Shown: positions 19,382 through 30,662, counted from the stretch's first letter. The stretch is DNA of 64,000 nucleotides from Armatimonadota bacterium (GCA_039679675.1 JBDKUN010000022.1:11403-75402); one strand, 5' to 3'. Translations and numbers: made by a program. Notes: a model not told the origin generated them from the letters alone.

Positions 19382-21325
19382 TTACGCCATTCCTGGTTCG
19401 AGCCGAGGATTAGCTGGATCGGGAACCCTTTTCGACGCCTGTGAATCCTGGCACTGCTCGCCTTCGGCAGACGGACCTTCGGCTGATTCCTGCCCCGTTT
19501 TGTGATCGGGCAGCTTGGCATCAGCCATCAGAGCCTGGAACTCTTCGCGGTCAAGCGACTCCTTCTCAAGAAGCACCTTGACGATCTCATCCATCTTTTC
19601 ACGATTATCGGTCAGTATCTGCTTCGCGCGGCTGTAACCGGCCTCGATGATCTTTCTGACCTCTTTGTCGATGGACATAGCGATCTCTTCGCTATAGTTC
19701 CGCTCATCGCCTATATCACGCCCGAGGAACGGGTTCGCGTGGCGCTTGCCGAGTGTCAGCGGCCCGAGCGTATCGCTCATTCCGAACTCACAGACCATAG
19801 ACCGTGCAATCTCGGTCGCCCTGTCAAGGTCGTTGTTCGCGCCCGTAGTTTGCTCTCCGAACACAAGCTGCTCCGCGACCCTTCCGCCAAGCAGTCCGGC
19901 AACATCGTCCAAAAGCTCGGTCTTTGTGGTCAGATACTTGTCTTCAATCGGGAACATCATCGTGTAACCGAGCGCCATTCCTCTCGGAAGGATCGATATC
20001 TTGTGAACCGGGTCTGCATAAGGCAGAATCTCTGAAACAAGCGCATGACCGACCTCATGGTAAGCCACCATCGACTTTTCCTCTTCACTGATGATCCTGC
20101 TTTTCCGCTCCGGCCCGGCTACCACGCGATCTATAGCCTCCTCGAAGTCGGACATATATATCTTCGTCTTTTCCAGCCGTGCGGCGAGTAATGCCGCCTC
20201 ATTGACAAGGTTGGCCAGATCCGCACCGGAGAACCCCGGTGTCCTTCTGGCAAGGCTGTCTATCTTGACATCCTCTGCAAGCGGCTTGCCGCGCGTGTGG
20301 ACTTTCAGGATCGCTTCGCGCCCGATGGCATCGGGGTTGTCCACCACCACACGCCTGTCGAACCTTCCGGGCCGAAGGAGCGCAGGGTCAAGGACATCCG
20401 GCCTGTTTGTGGCCGCAATCAGGATTACACCCGCATTAGGATCGAAGCCGTCCATCTCCACAAGAAGCTGGTTAAGCGTCTGCTCCCGTTCGTCATGACC
20501 ACCGCCGAGTCCGGCGCCTCTCTGGCGGCCGACCGCGTCGATCTCGTCGATAAACACCAGGCTGGGTCGGTTAGCTTTAGCCGTATCGAACAGGTCACGC
20601 ACTCTCGATGCGCCTACCCCGACGAACATTTCGACGAAGTCCGACCCACTGATATGGAAGAACGGAACACCCGCTTCACCGGCTATCGCACGTGCGAGAA
20701 GAGTCTTGCCGCATCCCGGAGGGCCGAGAAGCAGGACTCCCTTTGGAATCTTTGCACCGAGCGCCTGGAACTTCTTCGCGTTTCTCAGAAACTCGACTAC
20801 TTCTTCAAGCTCTCGCTTGGCTTCTTCCACGCCCGCAACGTCTTCAAATGTGACCTTCGGGACATTTTCTCCAAGCCGCTTTGCTTTTGCACGTCCAAAG
20901 GACATGGCCTGGTTTCCACCGGCCTGGGCCTGCCTCATGAAAAAGATCCAAAGCACTGCGATAAGCCCGACAGGAAGAAGTAATGAGAACAGCACTGTCT
21001 GTACCATGTCCGACGTTCCAGAGTCTTCAATGGTATATTTTATGTTGTTTTTGTCCAGTTGGGAGAAGAAATCACGGTTAGCCTCATCCTGCGTAAACAG
21101 CGTTACCTGGAACTTGGTCCCGTTTTTCAGCTCACCAAGGAAAGTGTTCTTTTTGACTACGCCACTGACGATCTTGTCGTCCATGGCATACTTCCGGGCA
21201 GCCGAAAAGGCTATCCGCTGGCGGCTCTCGCCTATCTGTCCAAATGGGCTTTTGCCTCCGCGAACTAGCAGAAACAACCCAACAATAGTCGCTATAATAA
21301 CAATATTTCTTAAATAACGGTTCAA
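19382..21325 (-). CDS. ftsH: ATP-dependent zinc metalloprotease FtsH
   Basis: Two TMs, [36 protein letters not shown]. Confidence 0.98.
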   Translation of the reverse strand: MNRYLRNIVIIATIVGLFLLVRGGKSPFGQIGESRQRIAFSAARKYAMDDKIVSGVVKKNTFLGELKNGTKFQVTLFTQDEANRDFFSQLDKNNIKYTIEDSGTSDMVQTVLFSLLLPVGLIAVLWIFFMRQAQAGGNQAMSFGRAKAKRLGENVPKVTFEDVAGVEEAKRELEEVVEFLRNAKKFQALGAKIPKGVLLLGPPGCGKTLLARAIAGEAGVPFFHISGSDFVEMFVGVGASRVRDLFDTAKANRPSLVFIDEIDAVGRQRGAGLGGGHDEREQTLNQLLVEMDGFDPNAGVILIAATNRPDVLDPALLRPGRFDRRVVVDNPDAIGREAILKVHTRGKPLAEDVKIDSLARRTPGFSGADLANLVNEAALLAARLEKTKIYMSDFEEAIDRVVAGPERKSRIISEEEKSMVAYHEVGHALVSEILPYADPVHKISILPRGMALGYTMMFPIEDKYLTTKTELLDDVAGLLGGRVAEQLVFGEQTTGANNDLDRATEIARSMVCEFGMSDTLGPLTLGKRHANPFLGRDIGDERNYSEEIAMSIDKEVRKIIEAGYSRAKQILTDNREKMDEIVKVLLEKESLDREEFQALMADAKLPDHKTGQESAEGPSAEGEQCQDSQASKRVPDPANPRLEPGMA

Positions 21326-21591
21326 ATATCTGGACCTCCTGCTCTACAGTCAACGGGAATTTACTCCCTGTAGCCATCGGAGCTAGTCGTATTATACCAT
21401 AGCATGGTCACGTTCGCAACGCAATTACTCCTCCGCCAAGTCCCCTATTTCTCTCGTCTCCAGCCGGAATGTGTTAACAGTTCAGATTTATATACAAAAT
21501 TCCCGTTCCATATCAAGAAAACCGTCAATAATCCCAATAATCTAGATTGAAATCATGCCGCAGATTTTGTCGGCGCTAGTAGGATAAATGG

Positions 21592-23547
21592 ATGAAATTC
21601 GGCAAAAAGCTGGGATTGCTTTTCTGGTTCTGCACAATCAGTATAGTCATATTTACTGCAGGGGTCTTCTATAAGGAAATATCATCGACAGCCCACATTA
21701 CAGCAGGAACGCATCTTACCGACATTGCATCCAGCATATCGTTTTTGATCGATACCGATGCTCACTCAAGGATAAAAAGCCCGACGGATGAGAAAGGCAG
21801 GGATTATAAGCTGATTCGCAGTAAACTGGAGCGTTTTCGTGAAGCTAATCCCAAGATTCGGCATATATACACCATTGTGCGGGCCGCGAAGTCGAACCGA
21901 TTGAACTATGTGATCGATGTAGGTGTCAATCCATCATTGATCGCGCATGTGGGATGCCCCTTGAATATAACTGATTACCCCGAAATTCAGCACGCGTTCG
22001 ATAAACCCATTGTCGATCCGGTTGTGCGGCAGGACAAATGGGGATCGTGGATTTCAGCTTATGCTCCTGTCAAATCCGGGAATACCACCGTTACAATCGT
22101 CGGCTTCGATATGTCTGCTAAAGAAGCAATAAAGGAGGAGAAACATCTCCAGTTCATTGTCGGGCTGATGGTGGGCATTGGGATCATTTTATCTACGGTG
22201 CTCGGATTTGTGATCGATGCGAAGATCAGTAAGCCGATCAACCAACTTACCGTCGCAACACAACTCATCGCGGATGGCAACCTCGACCATGTTATCTCGA
22301 TCGACAGCAAGGATGAGATCGGCAAAATGGCTGAAAGCCTGAACCGTATGACACAAAGCCTGCGTGAAAGCCAGACAAGCCTGCTTCAGCGAGCTAATAC
22401 CGATGGTTTGACGGGACTTTACAACCATCGATACTTCCAGGACCGGCTCAATCAGGAGTTGAAGCGCGCCCTCAGGTACAGCCGTCCTCTATCGCTTATG
22501 ATGATCGACCTGGACGGCTTCAAGGCGGTCAACGATAGCCTCGGACATCTTGCCGGTGATACGATACTAAGGAATTTCTCAAAAATCCTTACGTCCGAAG
22601 TGCGGGAAATCGATGTCGCCGCGAGGTACGGCGGCGACGAGTTTGCGGTAATCCTTCCGGAGACCAGTTTGGAGGAAGCCCTGCGGTTAGCCGAGTCTGT
22701 ACGCGCTGCTGTGGACCACTCTCCGCACTTGATGGAAGAGTCTTTGACCACCAATGGTGACAAGTCCGATAATAAAAAGGACTGGAAGATCACCCTCAGC
22801 ATAGGTGTGGCTGAGTGTCCTGCTCACACCCGGCAAAGAGACTCTCTCGTGTCGGCAGCAGATATTGCGATGTATCATGCCAAGCATGTGTCACAAAACG
22901 CGGTCTGCAGTTATGATCGGGTCCCCGGAGCTGGAGGAACGATGGACCCATGCAGGATTTACACATTCCTGCAAAGTGCAAGCGTCAGCACCATAGCCGC
23001 GCTTGCCGCCGCTGTCGACGCGAAGGACCACTACACTCATGGCCATTCCGAGTCCGTAGCCCGATATGCCGTAGGAATAGCCACAGAACTGCGGCTTACT
23101 TCGGAAGAAAAGTTCAACGTGCGCATCGCTGCGCTTCTTCACGATGTAGGAAAAATCGGTATGCCAGATACTCTGCTCAACAATCCGGGTAAGCTCGACA
23201 CTTACGAGCGTGAGCTCATCCGCAATCACCCGTCAGTAGGAGAACGGATCGTCAAGCAGGTCCCGCAACTCCAAAAGATACTTCCCGGCATACTTTATCA
23301 TCATGAAAAATATAATGGGACCGGCTACCCATGCGGGCTTTCCGGCAAAAAAATCCCTTTGATCGCCAGAATTATCTGTGTTGCCGATTCTTTCGATGCC
23401 ATGACATCGAACCGGCCATACAGGAGCGCCATGTCAACTGCTCAAGCTCTGGCGGAACTGCGTGATAATGTCGGGACACAGTTCGATACCGATTGCGTGG
23501 ATGCGCTCATCCGGTGGATACAGTCCGCCGAACTGCAGGTCGCATAG
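21592..23547 (+). CDS. Membrane sensor with HAMP, GGDEF and HD-GYP domains
   Basis: TM-sensor-TM, HAMP (DEIGKMAESLNRM), RYGGDEF, HDVGK, HHEKYNGTGYP. Confidence 0.93.
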   Translation: MKFGKKLGLLFWFCTISIVIFTAGVFYKEISSTAHITAGTHLTDIASSISFLIDTDAHSRIKSPTDEKGRDYKLIRSKLERFREANPKIRHIYTIVRAAKSNRLNYVIDVGVNPSLIAHVGCPLNITDYPEIQHAFDKPIVDPVVRQDKWGSWISAYAPVKSGNTTVTIVGFDMSAKEAIKEEKHLQFIVGLMVGIGIILSTVLGFVIDAKISKPINQLTVATQLIADGNLDHVISIDSKDEIGKMAESLNRMTQSLRESQTSLLQRANTDGLTGLYNHRYFQDRLNQELKRALRYSRPLSLMMIDLDGFKAVNDSLGHLAGDTILRNFSKILTSEVREIDVAARYGGDEFAVILPETSLEEALRLAESVRAAVDHSPHLMEESLTTNGDKSDNKKDWKITLSIGVAECPAHTRQRDSLVSAADIAMYHAKHVSQNAVCSYDRVPGAGGTMDPCRIYTFLQSASVSTIAALAAAVDAKDHYTHGHSESVARYAVGIATELRLTSEEKFNVRIAALLHDVGKIGMPDTLLNNPGKLDTYERELIRNHPSVGERIVKQVPQLQKILPGILYHHEKYNGTGYPCGLSGKKIPLIARIICVADSFDAMTSNRPYRSAMSTAQALAELRDNVGTQFDTDCVDALIRWIQSAELQVA

Positions 23548-23755
23548 CAGTTTTCAGCCATCAGCCTCCTGTCACCTATTCCCTATTAAATTAAATCTCC
23601 AACTGCCATTTTATCATTACAAATGGGTATAAATGGATTGACCGGTGTTGTGACACACAGCCGGTTACGACAAGTGGTAGTTTTGTTGAAAAACACGACG
23701 CAATTGACCTGTGGTTATTGCTATATAACCACAAGCGTTCCAGGAGGCAAGGACG

Positions 23756-24448
23756 ATGAGAGTGATATGGGTTATCGCAATCCTGATGATTGCTGGAGTA
23801 TCGGTTATACAAGCAGCACCCAGTTACTTAGGGCCATCAGGTGTCATACTGACGCCTGACGAAAAGACTGTCCCTCATAAACAGTTCGGGATTGGATATC
23901 ACATGATCTCGAACATAGACTTCAGGGGCGATGATAATAGAGACTTGAACATTTTCCACAACGAATACGGGCTCACTCCCAGTATAGAAATTGGGCCCAC
24001 AATAGTGGACCAACAGGACAATGGTTCCGACCTGGCGATAAACGGAAAATGGCGGTTCATGGATGAGACAGCCAAAATACCTGCGATTGCAGTAGGGGTT
24101 TTGGATGCATCAGGAAATGCAATAGACGATAACGCCAGCTTCTATCTGCTGTTCTCAAAGAACCTGACACGAACCGCAACAGAAGTGGCAAAAACTCCAT
24201 CCAAGCCGCTTCGCGGAACCATTGGAGTCGGATCGGGGTTCTTTGATGGAATATTCGCCAGCCTGGATTGGACGTACAATCCTCAGCTCAGTGTGATGGC
24301 TGAGATCGTAAACGGAGGAGACTTCTTCGACAACACAATGGTCAATGCAGGTCTCAGATACTCGATAAGTTCCGGACTGAGACTGGATCTGGCTACCATA
24401 GACTTTGATAGCATAGCCTTCGGTATAAGCTACACAGGCGGCTTTTAA
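23756..24448 (+). CDS. YjbH-like outer-membrane beta-barrel protein
   Basis: Signal peptide, GPSGVILTP, PAIAVGVLD, amphipathic strands, terminal Phe. Confidence 0.7.
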   Translation: MRVIWVIAILMIAGVSVIQAAPSYLGPSGVILTPDEKTVPHKQFGIGYHMISNIDFRGDDNRDLNIFHNEYGLTPSIEIGPTIVDQQDNGSDLAINGKWRFMDETAKIPAIAVGVLDASGNAIDDNASFYLLFSKNLTRTATEVAKTPSKPLRGTIGVGSGFFDGIFASLDWTYNPQLSVMAEIVNGGDFFDNTMVNAGLRYSISSGLRLDLATIDFDSIAFGISYTGGF

Positions 24449-24480
24449 CAATTAGCTGTCAGCTCTCAGATTTCAGCAAG

Positions 24481-24523
24481 AAGGGACTGGTGGATGATTA
24501 CCACATTTTCCATCAGTCCCTTT
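24481..24523 (+). terminator. Intrinsic terminator
   Basis: AAGGGACTGGTGGA..TCCATCAGTCCCTTT stem followed by T-rich sequence. Confidence 0.65.
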
Positions 24524-24723
24524 ATTCTTACCCCAGTATAGCTCCTATGCAACTTGAACCACATGTGCTATAAAGGGCAATCTAGCTCGGCAATTTGCGT
24601 CTGCTTGTTTCAGGAAGTATGGAAGTCCGAGCAATCCCCGGTGCCGATATGAGGAAACATGGAGACTCTATTGCTTGCGGAGGTTTTTGCGAGGCTTCCA
24701 GAGACAGCATAGGAGGAGAAACA

Positions 24724-25410
24724 TTGAAAAAACTGGTTCTGACCGCCGTTTTGGCGGGAGCGCTCATCCTTTCTGCAGTCGGAATGGCTGCCGCAGCGCC
24801 CAATATCTATGGTACGAGCGGACTCATCGAAGTACCGGACGATATCATCTTTCCTGTCGGATCTGTAACTCCGGCGTTCCATCACGTTTCCGGCGACAAC
24901 GATACCGATTTAAACTTTTTCACCTTTGGTGTTGGCGTTTTGCCTAACCTGTCGGTAAGCGGCGGAATTGTTGATAATGATGACTCCAAAGCTATAATCA
25001 ATGCCAAATACAGGGTTTCGGCAGAGACAGTTGATCGCCCGTCGATCACTTTCGGTGTCGTCGATGCAACCGGAGAACTGAACGCTGATGACGACCCCGG
25101 CCTTTATGTCCTTTTCGGAAAGAACCTGACTGCTGCTGCCGAAGAAGTATCGGGTGGCATTTCCAAGCCTCTGCGCGGTTACCTTGGCTTTGGCACCGGC
25201 ACCCTTAAGGGCTTCTTCACTGGTCTCGATTGGACGCTGACACCGAGACTCACCGGGATAGTCGAGTATGTCTCCGAAGGTCTGAGAGGCGATGCCCACT
25301 TCAACGGCGGAGTCCGAATCGCGGTCACCAATGAAGTACGAGTAGACTTGGGGTTGGTAGATTTCGAAGACTTTACCGCAGGGGTCAGCTACAACGCACT
25401 GAGATTCTAG
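24724..25410 (+). CDS. YjbH-like outer-membrane beta-barrel protein, paralog of previous gene
   Basis: AGGAGG then TTG 24724; GTSGLIEVP; shares KNLT..SKPLRG..G and LDWT with previous ORF; terminal Phe. Confidence 0.7.
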   Translation: MKKLVLTAVLAGALILSAVGMAAAAPNIYGTSGLIEVPDDIIFPVGSVTPAFHHVSGDNDTDLNFFTFGVGVLPNLSVSGGIVDNDDSKAIINAKYRVSAETVDRPSITFGVVDATGELNADDDPGLYVLFGKNLTAAAEEVSGGISKPLRGYLGFGTGTLKGFFTGLDWTLTPRLTGIVEYVSEGLRGDAHFNGGVRIAVTNEVRVDLGLVDFEDFTAGVSYNALRF

Positions 25411-25434
25411 GTAATCTTCAGTTTTGATAGCAAC

Positions 25435-25508
25435 ATGTCATTCTGAGCGAAGCGAAGAATCTCAATCTTCCGACATTTGAGGTCCTTCGCCTACACTCAG
25501 GATGACAT
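25435..25508. repeat. Palindromic element of the GTCATTCTGAGCGAAGCGAAGAATCT type
   Basis: ATGTCATTCTGAG..CTCAGGATGACAT ends with inner GCGAAG/CTTCGC pairing. Confidence 0.8.
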
Positions 25509-25711
25509 AAGCTAACAATATTCAAGTTAATCTACCGTTAGCAATCAACAGTGAACAACCCTGATACCCGTTTCTGTTAAGACAACTGCGCTTTTGACAG
25601 CCTTCATCTTCTTTATTGCTCTTCGAGAACCATCACACGCTGGAACGAAATCCTCTCACTAACAGTCATATTAATGGGGGAGGAGTGTGCCCAGAGAATC
25701 AGCTCTACCGT

Positions 25712-25740
25712 TTGACCGGTTATCCGGGGCGTGTTATAAT
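25712..25740 (+). promoter_or_regulatory. Sigma-70 promoter with extended -10
   Basis: TTGACC-17nt-TATAAT with TGn. Confidence 0.75.
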
Positions 25741-25745
25741 ACTTC

Positions 25746-25914
25746 GGGTAATAGTGTGTTCCGCAGCCGGAAGAACCGCATCATGATGTCTGTATTCGCG
25801 GCAGTGGAATACACGATGAGTTCCCCCTTAGAGCTGCAAAACACCTCCGTTTGTGCGGCTTGATCCGGCGCAGTATGATTCCCCTTGACGTCGCGCGACA
25901 GGTATTTTTTGTTT
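25746..25914 (+). ncRNA. Structured leader or sRNA candidate, family unassigned
   Basis: Starts just after the promoter; several stems; ends in a hairpin plus T-tract. Confidence 0.4.
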
Positions 25915-25972
25915 CCTGCCAACGCGACTGTCGTTGATATTTTGTACAGGTTGAGAGGATCAACTGGTTGTT

Positions 25973-27739
25973 ATGAGCGAGGTAAAGAAGGTCTTGAGTA
26001 ATCAGGAATTGGAACAGCTCAATGGGCGTATCGACGCTCTTCAGAAAGAGCTGGATGAGAAAAAAGTTGCGATTTCCGCGTTAGAGCGAGCAAACAAACA
26101 ACTTGAGGAAAAGGTGCGCGCCTCTGAAGTCACAGAGGGGCCTACATCACTTACTGAACTCGAAGAAACACTAAAAAGGCTTGTCTTCAGGGTCGCCATG
26201 ATCCTGCAGGCGGAAAAGTGCGTCTTTATGCTCTTCGATAAAGATAATGGCGATCTTGCCGCTGCAAAGCCTGCCTTCGGGCTCACTGACGAAGAAGTAA
26301 AGAGATTTCGTGTAAGAGCTACGCATGGCATCTCTGGAGAAGTTTACAGGGGGCTGAAGCCTATCATACTTTATGATGCCGTTAATGATCCCCGTACCAT
26401 AAAAGAGAATGTCGGAATTCTCGGCGTCTGGAATGGCGTATGCGTACCGTTGATCATTGAGAAGCGGGACGAAGACACGAACAAAGTAGTAGAGTCCAGG
26501 CCTATCGGCGTTCTTCATGTTTTCAACAAGCGCGATGGCAATGTTTTCATCCAGGAAGATGTCAATCTCCTTACAAGGCTTTCCAAAAACGCAGCATCGG
26601 TCATAGCAAGCGCTCAGATGTATCGTGAAGTCGTAGAGGAAAAAGAAGAACTCGAAAGCATCATCGAGAATGTCTACGCCGGACTGGTAATGATCAACGA
26701 GAGCGGCAGGATCATTCAGAGCAACGCTTCGGTGCGCACTATGCTGGGAATAGAAGAGACAGATCTTGTCGGCAAGCTCTATAGTGACGTAGTCGAAAAT
26801 GAGCATGTATGCGAAATCATACGCACATCACTCAAAGATGTCTCTGATATGGCTGAAGAAGTCAGCGTCATTATGCCGGGAGAAGACGGCGAAGACAAGG
26901 AAAACATCTACCAGATGCAGACCGCCGTGGTCAGAAGCGACGACAACAAGGCCATGGGCGTTGTAATAATCTTCAACGATATAACAGAGATCAGAAGCAT
27001 CGAGCGGATGAAGACCGCTTTCGTATCTACAGTTTCTCACGAGCTGAGAACTCCGTTGACATCCATCAAGGGGTTCATCTCTACGCTGCTTATGGATGAA
27101 GACGGCACATGCTACGACTTCGATACGCAGCGTGAGTTCTATAACATCATCGATACGGAATGCGACAGGTTGACCAGGCTCATAAGCGATCTTCTTAACG
27201 TATCGAGGATCGAAGCCGGGCGCGCGCTCGACCTGAATCCGAAGCCGGTCACGCTGCCCGCACTCATCGAAAAGGTTGTGGCAGTCCAAAGAAGCTATAC
27301 GGACAAACACAAACTGGTTGTCGATATAAAGAACGAGCTGCCGGTCATAGTTGCAGATGAAGACAAGGTAGACCAGATTCTTACGAACCTTACCAATAAC
27401 GCGATCAAGTATTCGCCTAAGGGCGGCACTATCACGGTCAGCGCAGTTGCTGAGGACGACATCGTAAGGTTTGCCATCACCGACCAGGGAATGGGTATTC
27501 CGAAAGATCACCTTCCCAAGGTCTTCGACAGGTTCCACAGGGTCGATAACCGCGACACGAGGACTGTCGGAGGGACCGGTATTGGCCTTTATCTGGTCAA
27601 GCACCTGGTCGAAGCCCATGGCGGCAAGATCTGGGTCGAAAGCGAAGTCGGCAAGGGGTCCAGCTTTATATTTGAGATGCCGAAGTGCCCGCCGCAATTC
27701 GCTGAGGAGCATGATGAACTTCTGGCCGGCAATAACTAA
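25973..27739 (+). CDS. Soluble histidine kinase (coiled coil-GAF-PAS-HisKA-HATPase)
   Basis: SHELRTPL, NLTNNAIKY, DQGMGI, GGTGIGL; no TM. Confidence 0.95.
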   Translation: MSEVKKVLSNQELEQLNGRIDALQKELDEKKVAISALERANKQLEEKVRASEVTEGPTSLTELEETLKRLVFRVAMILQAEKCVFMLFDKDNGDLAAAKPAFGLTDEEVKRFRVRATHGISGEVYRGLKPIILYDAVNDPRTIKENVGILGVWNGVCVPLIIEKRDEDTNKVVESRPIGVLHVFNKRDGNVFIQEDVNLLTRLSKNAASVIASAQMYREVVEEKEELESIIENVYAGLVMINESGRIIQSNASVRTMLGIEETDLVGKLYSDVVENEHVCEIIRTSLKDVSDMAEEVSVIMPGEDGEDKENIYQMQTAVVRSDDNKAMGVVIIFNDITEIRSIERMKTAFVSTVSHELRTPLTSIKGFISTLLMDEDGTCYDFDTQREFYNIIDTECDRLTRLISDLLNVSRIEAGRALDLNPKPVTLPALIEKVVAVQRSYTDKHKLVVDIKNELPVIVADEDKVDQILTNLTNNAIKYSPKGGTITVSAVAEDDIVRFAITDQGMGIPKDHLPKVFDRFHRVDNRDTRTVGGTGIGLYLVKHLVEAHGGKIWVESEVGKGSSFIFEMPKCPPQFAEEHDELLAGNN

Positions 27740-27801
27740 TGCATTTCAAGTATAGTAAAACTGATACTCAATAGAGTAGAAAAAACACATAAAGTAGAGT
27801 A

Positions 27802-27840
27802 GAATGGAGCCGGTGTGTTATACGCCAGCTCCATTTTTTT
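27802..27840 (+). terminator. Intrinsic terminator
   Basis: AATGGAGC..GCTCCATT followed by a T-run. Confidence 0.75.
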
Positions 27841-27887
27841 GTTTATGGAGCCTCCAGAATCATAAAATATTCCTTATGAGGTGAAGA

Positions 27888-29138
27888 ATGGTTCAGGATA
27901 ACCTCGTTCAATTTTTACCGTCCGATCTAAATAGCGCGCTTCAACAGACAATAAGCCCTGGAGAAGCCACACTTATATCACTTCCCGGCGCGATGGGAGA
28001 AGCGCTGGCTGTCACCAACAGCCGGATAGCCGTAGTAAAAGACAAGGGACCGACCGAAGGCATAGAGGTATTTTCGTACCCATTGGTCAAAGTGACGGAT
28101 GTAGAGCTCGGCACATCGGCCACTGGAGGAATGCTTATCATAAAATCTCCGGGAAAAGCAGCAGATGAAAAACGCACAGTGTACTTTTCGTCGTATGACA
28201 GAGCGAAATTCGAGTCTGCCACCGAAAAGATCAAAGAATTGGTCTCCGTAGCTGAAACGGCAGCTAACGGAGGGCGCATATCTACCGCTGCCGCTCCGGT
28301 TGCTGTAAATTCTACCGCTTCTGCTTCTTCGTCCGGCATCCAGAAACTGGTATGCAGTTCGTGCGGTTGTGAGCTGGATGCGCATAATGCGTTTTGTCCC
28401 TCGTGCGGTGCTAATGTCCAGGATATCTGCCAGGTATGCTCTGGAGCGATTCCAGCTGGAGCTAACTACTGCCCGTCCTGTGGTTCTGAAGCGAAAACCG
28501 TTGCACTCACATGCCCTGCCTGCGGCAAACGCGTTAATTCATCGGTTATGTCCTACTGCCCGCACTGCGGGACTTCGCTTTCACCCAAATGCGCTTCCTG
28601 CGGCGCCGCGATTATCATAGGCTGGCCGCGCTGCCGTTACTGCGGACGAGAGATAGGCTCGGAGAACATGTATAGAGGGATGTATGCGCAGCGCCAGCGT
28701 GAGCTTGAAGAGCAGGCAAATGCCCCCTCCCCCGTGGATAAAACAAGCGAAGAAGCGTATGTCGAAGAAAAGCAGTCCCCTGCTGATTTTCATAACGCTA
28801 AAGGCGCGGAGTTGTTCGAAGATGATAAGATCAACGAAGCCATAGATGAGTTCCGAAGCGCAGTGGCACTTGAGCCTAATAACTACTCATACCACTGCAA
28901 CCTTGCAGCAGCGTATGACGAAGCCGGACAGTCCGACGACGCAAGACGGGAATACGAGCGTACTCTCGAACTGAATCCTAACGAAACGACTGCACTTCTG
29001 TATCTGGGTTATCTGCTTAACGAACAGGAAGATTCCGAACGAGCCGCAAGTCTGTGGAAGCGGGTAATCGAAGTCGCTCCGGGCACACCTGAAGCAGAAG
29101 AAGCCCAACAGAACCTTAGTGCCCAAGGATCGTTATAG
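27888..29138 (+). CDS. PH-like, tandem zinc-ribbon and TPR domain protein
   Basis: Eight CxxC motifs; C-terminal TPRs; N-terminal ALAVTNSRIAV resembles bacterial PH domains. Confidence 0.85.
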   Translation: MVQDNLVQFLPSDLNSALQQTISPGEATLISLPGAMGEALAVTNSRIAVVKDKGPTEGIEVFSYPLVKVTDVELGTSATGGMLIIKSPGKAADEKRTVYFSSYDRAKFESATEKIKELVSVAETAANGGRISTAAAPVAVNSTASASSSGIQKLVCSSCGCELDAHNAFCPSCGANVQDICQVCSGAIPAGANYCPSCGSEAKTVALTCPACGKRVNSSVMSYCPHCGTSLSPKCASCGAAIIIGWPRCRYCGREIGSENMYRGMYAQRQRELEEQANAPSPVDKTSEEAYVEEKQSPADFHNAKGAELFEDDKINEAIDEFRSAVALEPNNYSYHCNLAAAYDEAGQSDDARREYERTLELNPNETTALLYLGYLLNEQEDSERAASLWKRVIEVAPGTPEAEEAQQNLSAQGSL

Positions 29139-29145
29139 GTAAGAT

Positions 29146-29628
29146 ATGGTAGTAGAAAATCTAAGAACAGCTGGCGGCTCCACTGTAGTGGATGTCCTGA
29201 TCGAACAATTGAAGGAAGCGCAGGACTTACCGCTTCCTTCCTACGCTACAGCGGGGTCCGTCGGAATGGACCTCTTCGCCGCGGTGACTCAGGAGCTTTC
29301 TCTGATGCCGGGAGAACGGACTCTGGTCCCAACAGGCATACGTATCGCTGTTCCTGATGGATACGAAGCCCAGATCAGGCCCAGAAGCGGTCTGGCGGTC
29401 AAACACGGACTTTCTCTGGTCAATTCGCCGGGAACTATCGATTCAGACTATCGCGGACAGGTGCAAGTGGTTATAATCAACTTGGGGAGCGAAGCAATAA
29501 TCATCCGTCGCGGCGACAGGATCGCGCAGATGGTCATCTGCCCCGTCATTCGTGCCAGGCTCGTCAAATCCACTAGCCTGCCGGAGACAACCAGGGGAGA
29601 AGGAGGCTTCGGGCATACTGGCGTATGA
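29146..29628 (+). CDS. dut: dUTP diphosphatase
   Basis: [40 protein letters not shown]; start may be slightly downstream. Confidence 0.97.
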   Translation: MVVENLRTAGGSTVVDVLIEQLKEAQDLPLPSYATAGSVGMDLFAAVTQELSLMPGERTLVPTGIRIAVPDGYEAQIRPRSGLAVKHGLSLVNSPGTIDSDYRGQVQVVIINLGSEAIIIRRGDRIAQMVICPVIRARLVKSTSLPETTRGEGGFGHTGV

Positions 29629-30662
29629 AAACTTGCGATGCTTGTAAAGTAGTCGTAGATGAAGAATTACTATTCTGCCCAAAGTGCGGCCAATCGCTGA
29701 GGAATGGGACGGACGATGATCTGTCACGGGCAGTTTCACAACTGCTTGCGGAGGCCAGTCTGAACCGAACCAAGGGAGAGCTGGACGCCGCCCTCGACAA
29801 ATGCACTGAAGCGCTCAAGCTTATGCCTGATAACCCCGATACTTATTCCCTGCTGGGCGACATTTACGAAAGCAAGGGTAATTTCGAGGAAGCGGTCAAA
29901 TGGTATCAGATGGCAATCGACATCAAGCCAAAAAGCTCACTGGACGCAGCGAAACTGGAGCAAGTCGAGGCGCTTCTTCAGAAAAGCAGGCAGGAGCGCA
30001 TGGAAAACATCACTGGAGGATGGCTGCTGGGCGACACAAAGCGAAACACCAGCCTCAGCAGGATTGTCTCCTTCAGCGTTATTGCAGTGCTTGTTCTGGC
30101 TGTGTTCGGAATGACCTCTCTTTTTATGAAATACCGCGCAGAACAATCGAAACCGGCTGAAAAACCGCCGCATACTGAACAAACGGCTGTAAAGCACCAG
30201 GAAGAGATGCAGACACCTCCGCCTCCGACCTCAACGGAGGCCGATCCGCAGGTTATTGCGAGACCGATAGCAGAGCAGCGGATTCTTACCAGCCTTGCAA
30301 CAAACCCGGCTATTCTTTCTCACAAGTTAATCATGGAAGATGTCAGGTTCGACCCACGCACGGAAGTGTTGACGCTGACAATAAGATTATCCGGTTCAAA
30401 AAAGCCTCTGACCAGGGCCAGCATGCTTAAATACGCCGCCATTGCAGCGTCAGCCACGTTTGCAGCAAGTCCGAGTACAGCCAGAGTGGAAATAAGATCG
30501 CTCGTGGAGTATCAGACAAAGATCAGCCCCAGAGAACCAAAGCTGGAGCTCATAACAGATGTGACGAGACACATAAGCGGACTTGACCTGAGCCATGTAT
30601 CTGCCAAACAGTTGGAAAAATCCTTTGCCCGCACCTGGTGGGGGCCCGAACTGCCGCAGTAG
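29625..30662 (+). CDS. Zinc-ribbon, TPR and single-TM protein
   Basis: CDAC..CPKCG, TPRs, one TM; ATGA overlap with dut. Confidence 0.8.
   Translation: MKTCDACKVVVDEELLFCPKCGQSLRNGTDDDLSRAVSQLLAEASLNRTKGELDAALDKCTEALKLMPDNPDTYSLLGDIYESKGNFEEAVKWYQMAIDIKPKSSLDAAKLEQVEALLQKSRQERMENITGGWLLGDTKRNTSLSRIVSFSVIAVLVLAVFGMTSLFMKYRAEQSKPAEKPPHTEQTAVKHQEEMQTPPPPTSTEADPQVIARPIAEQRILTSLATNPAILSHKLIMEDVRFDPRTEVLTLTIRLSGSKKPLTRASMLKYAAIAASATFAASPSTARVEIRSLVEYQTKISPREPKLELITDVTRHISGLDLSHVSAKQLEKSFARTWWGPELPQ

Noticed and set aside
24583..24710. Possible c-di-GMP riboswitch before the second barrel gene
   Set aside because: GGGCAA is present, but the GAAA tetraloop, GACGCAAAG junction and P2 features of class I are missing
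25746..25884. Cobalamin riboswitch, T-box or SRP RNA identity for the structured leader
   Set aside because: No B12-box core, T-box antiterminator bulge or SRP helix-8 motif; the cobalamin-like fragment is on the wrong strand
26828..27712. 294-aa minus-strand ORF
   Set aside because: Antisense to the histidine kinase; no motifs
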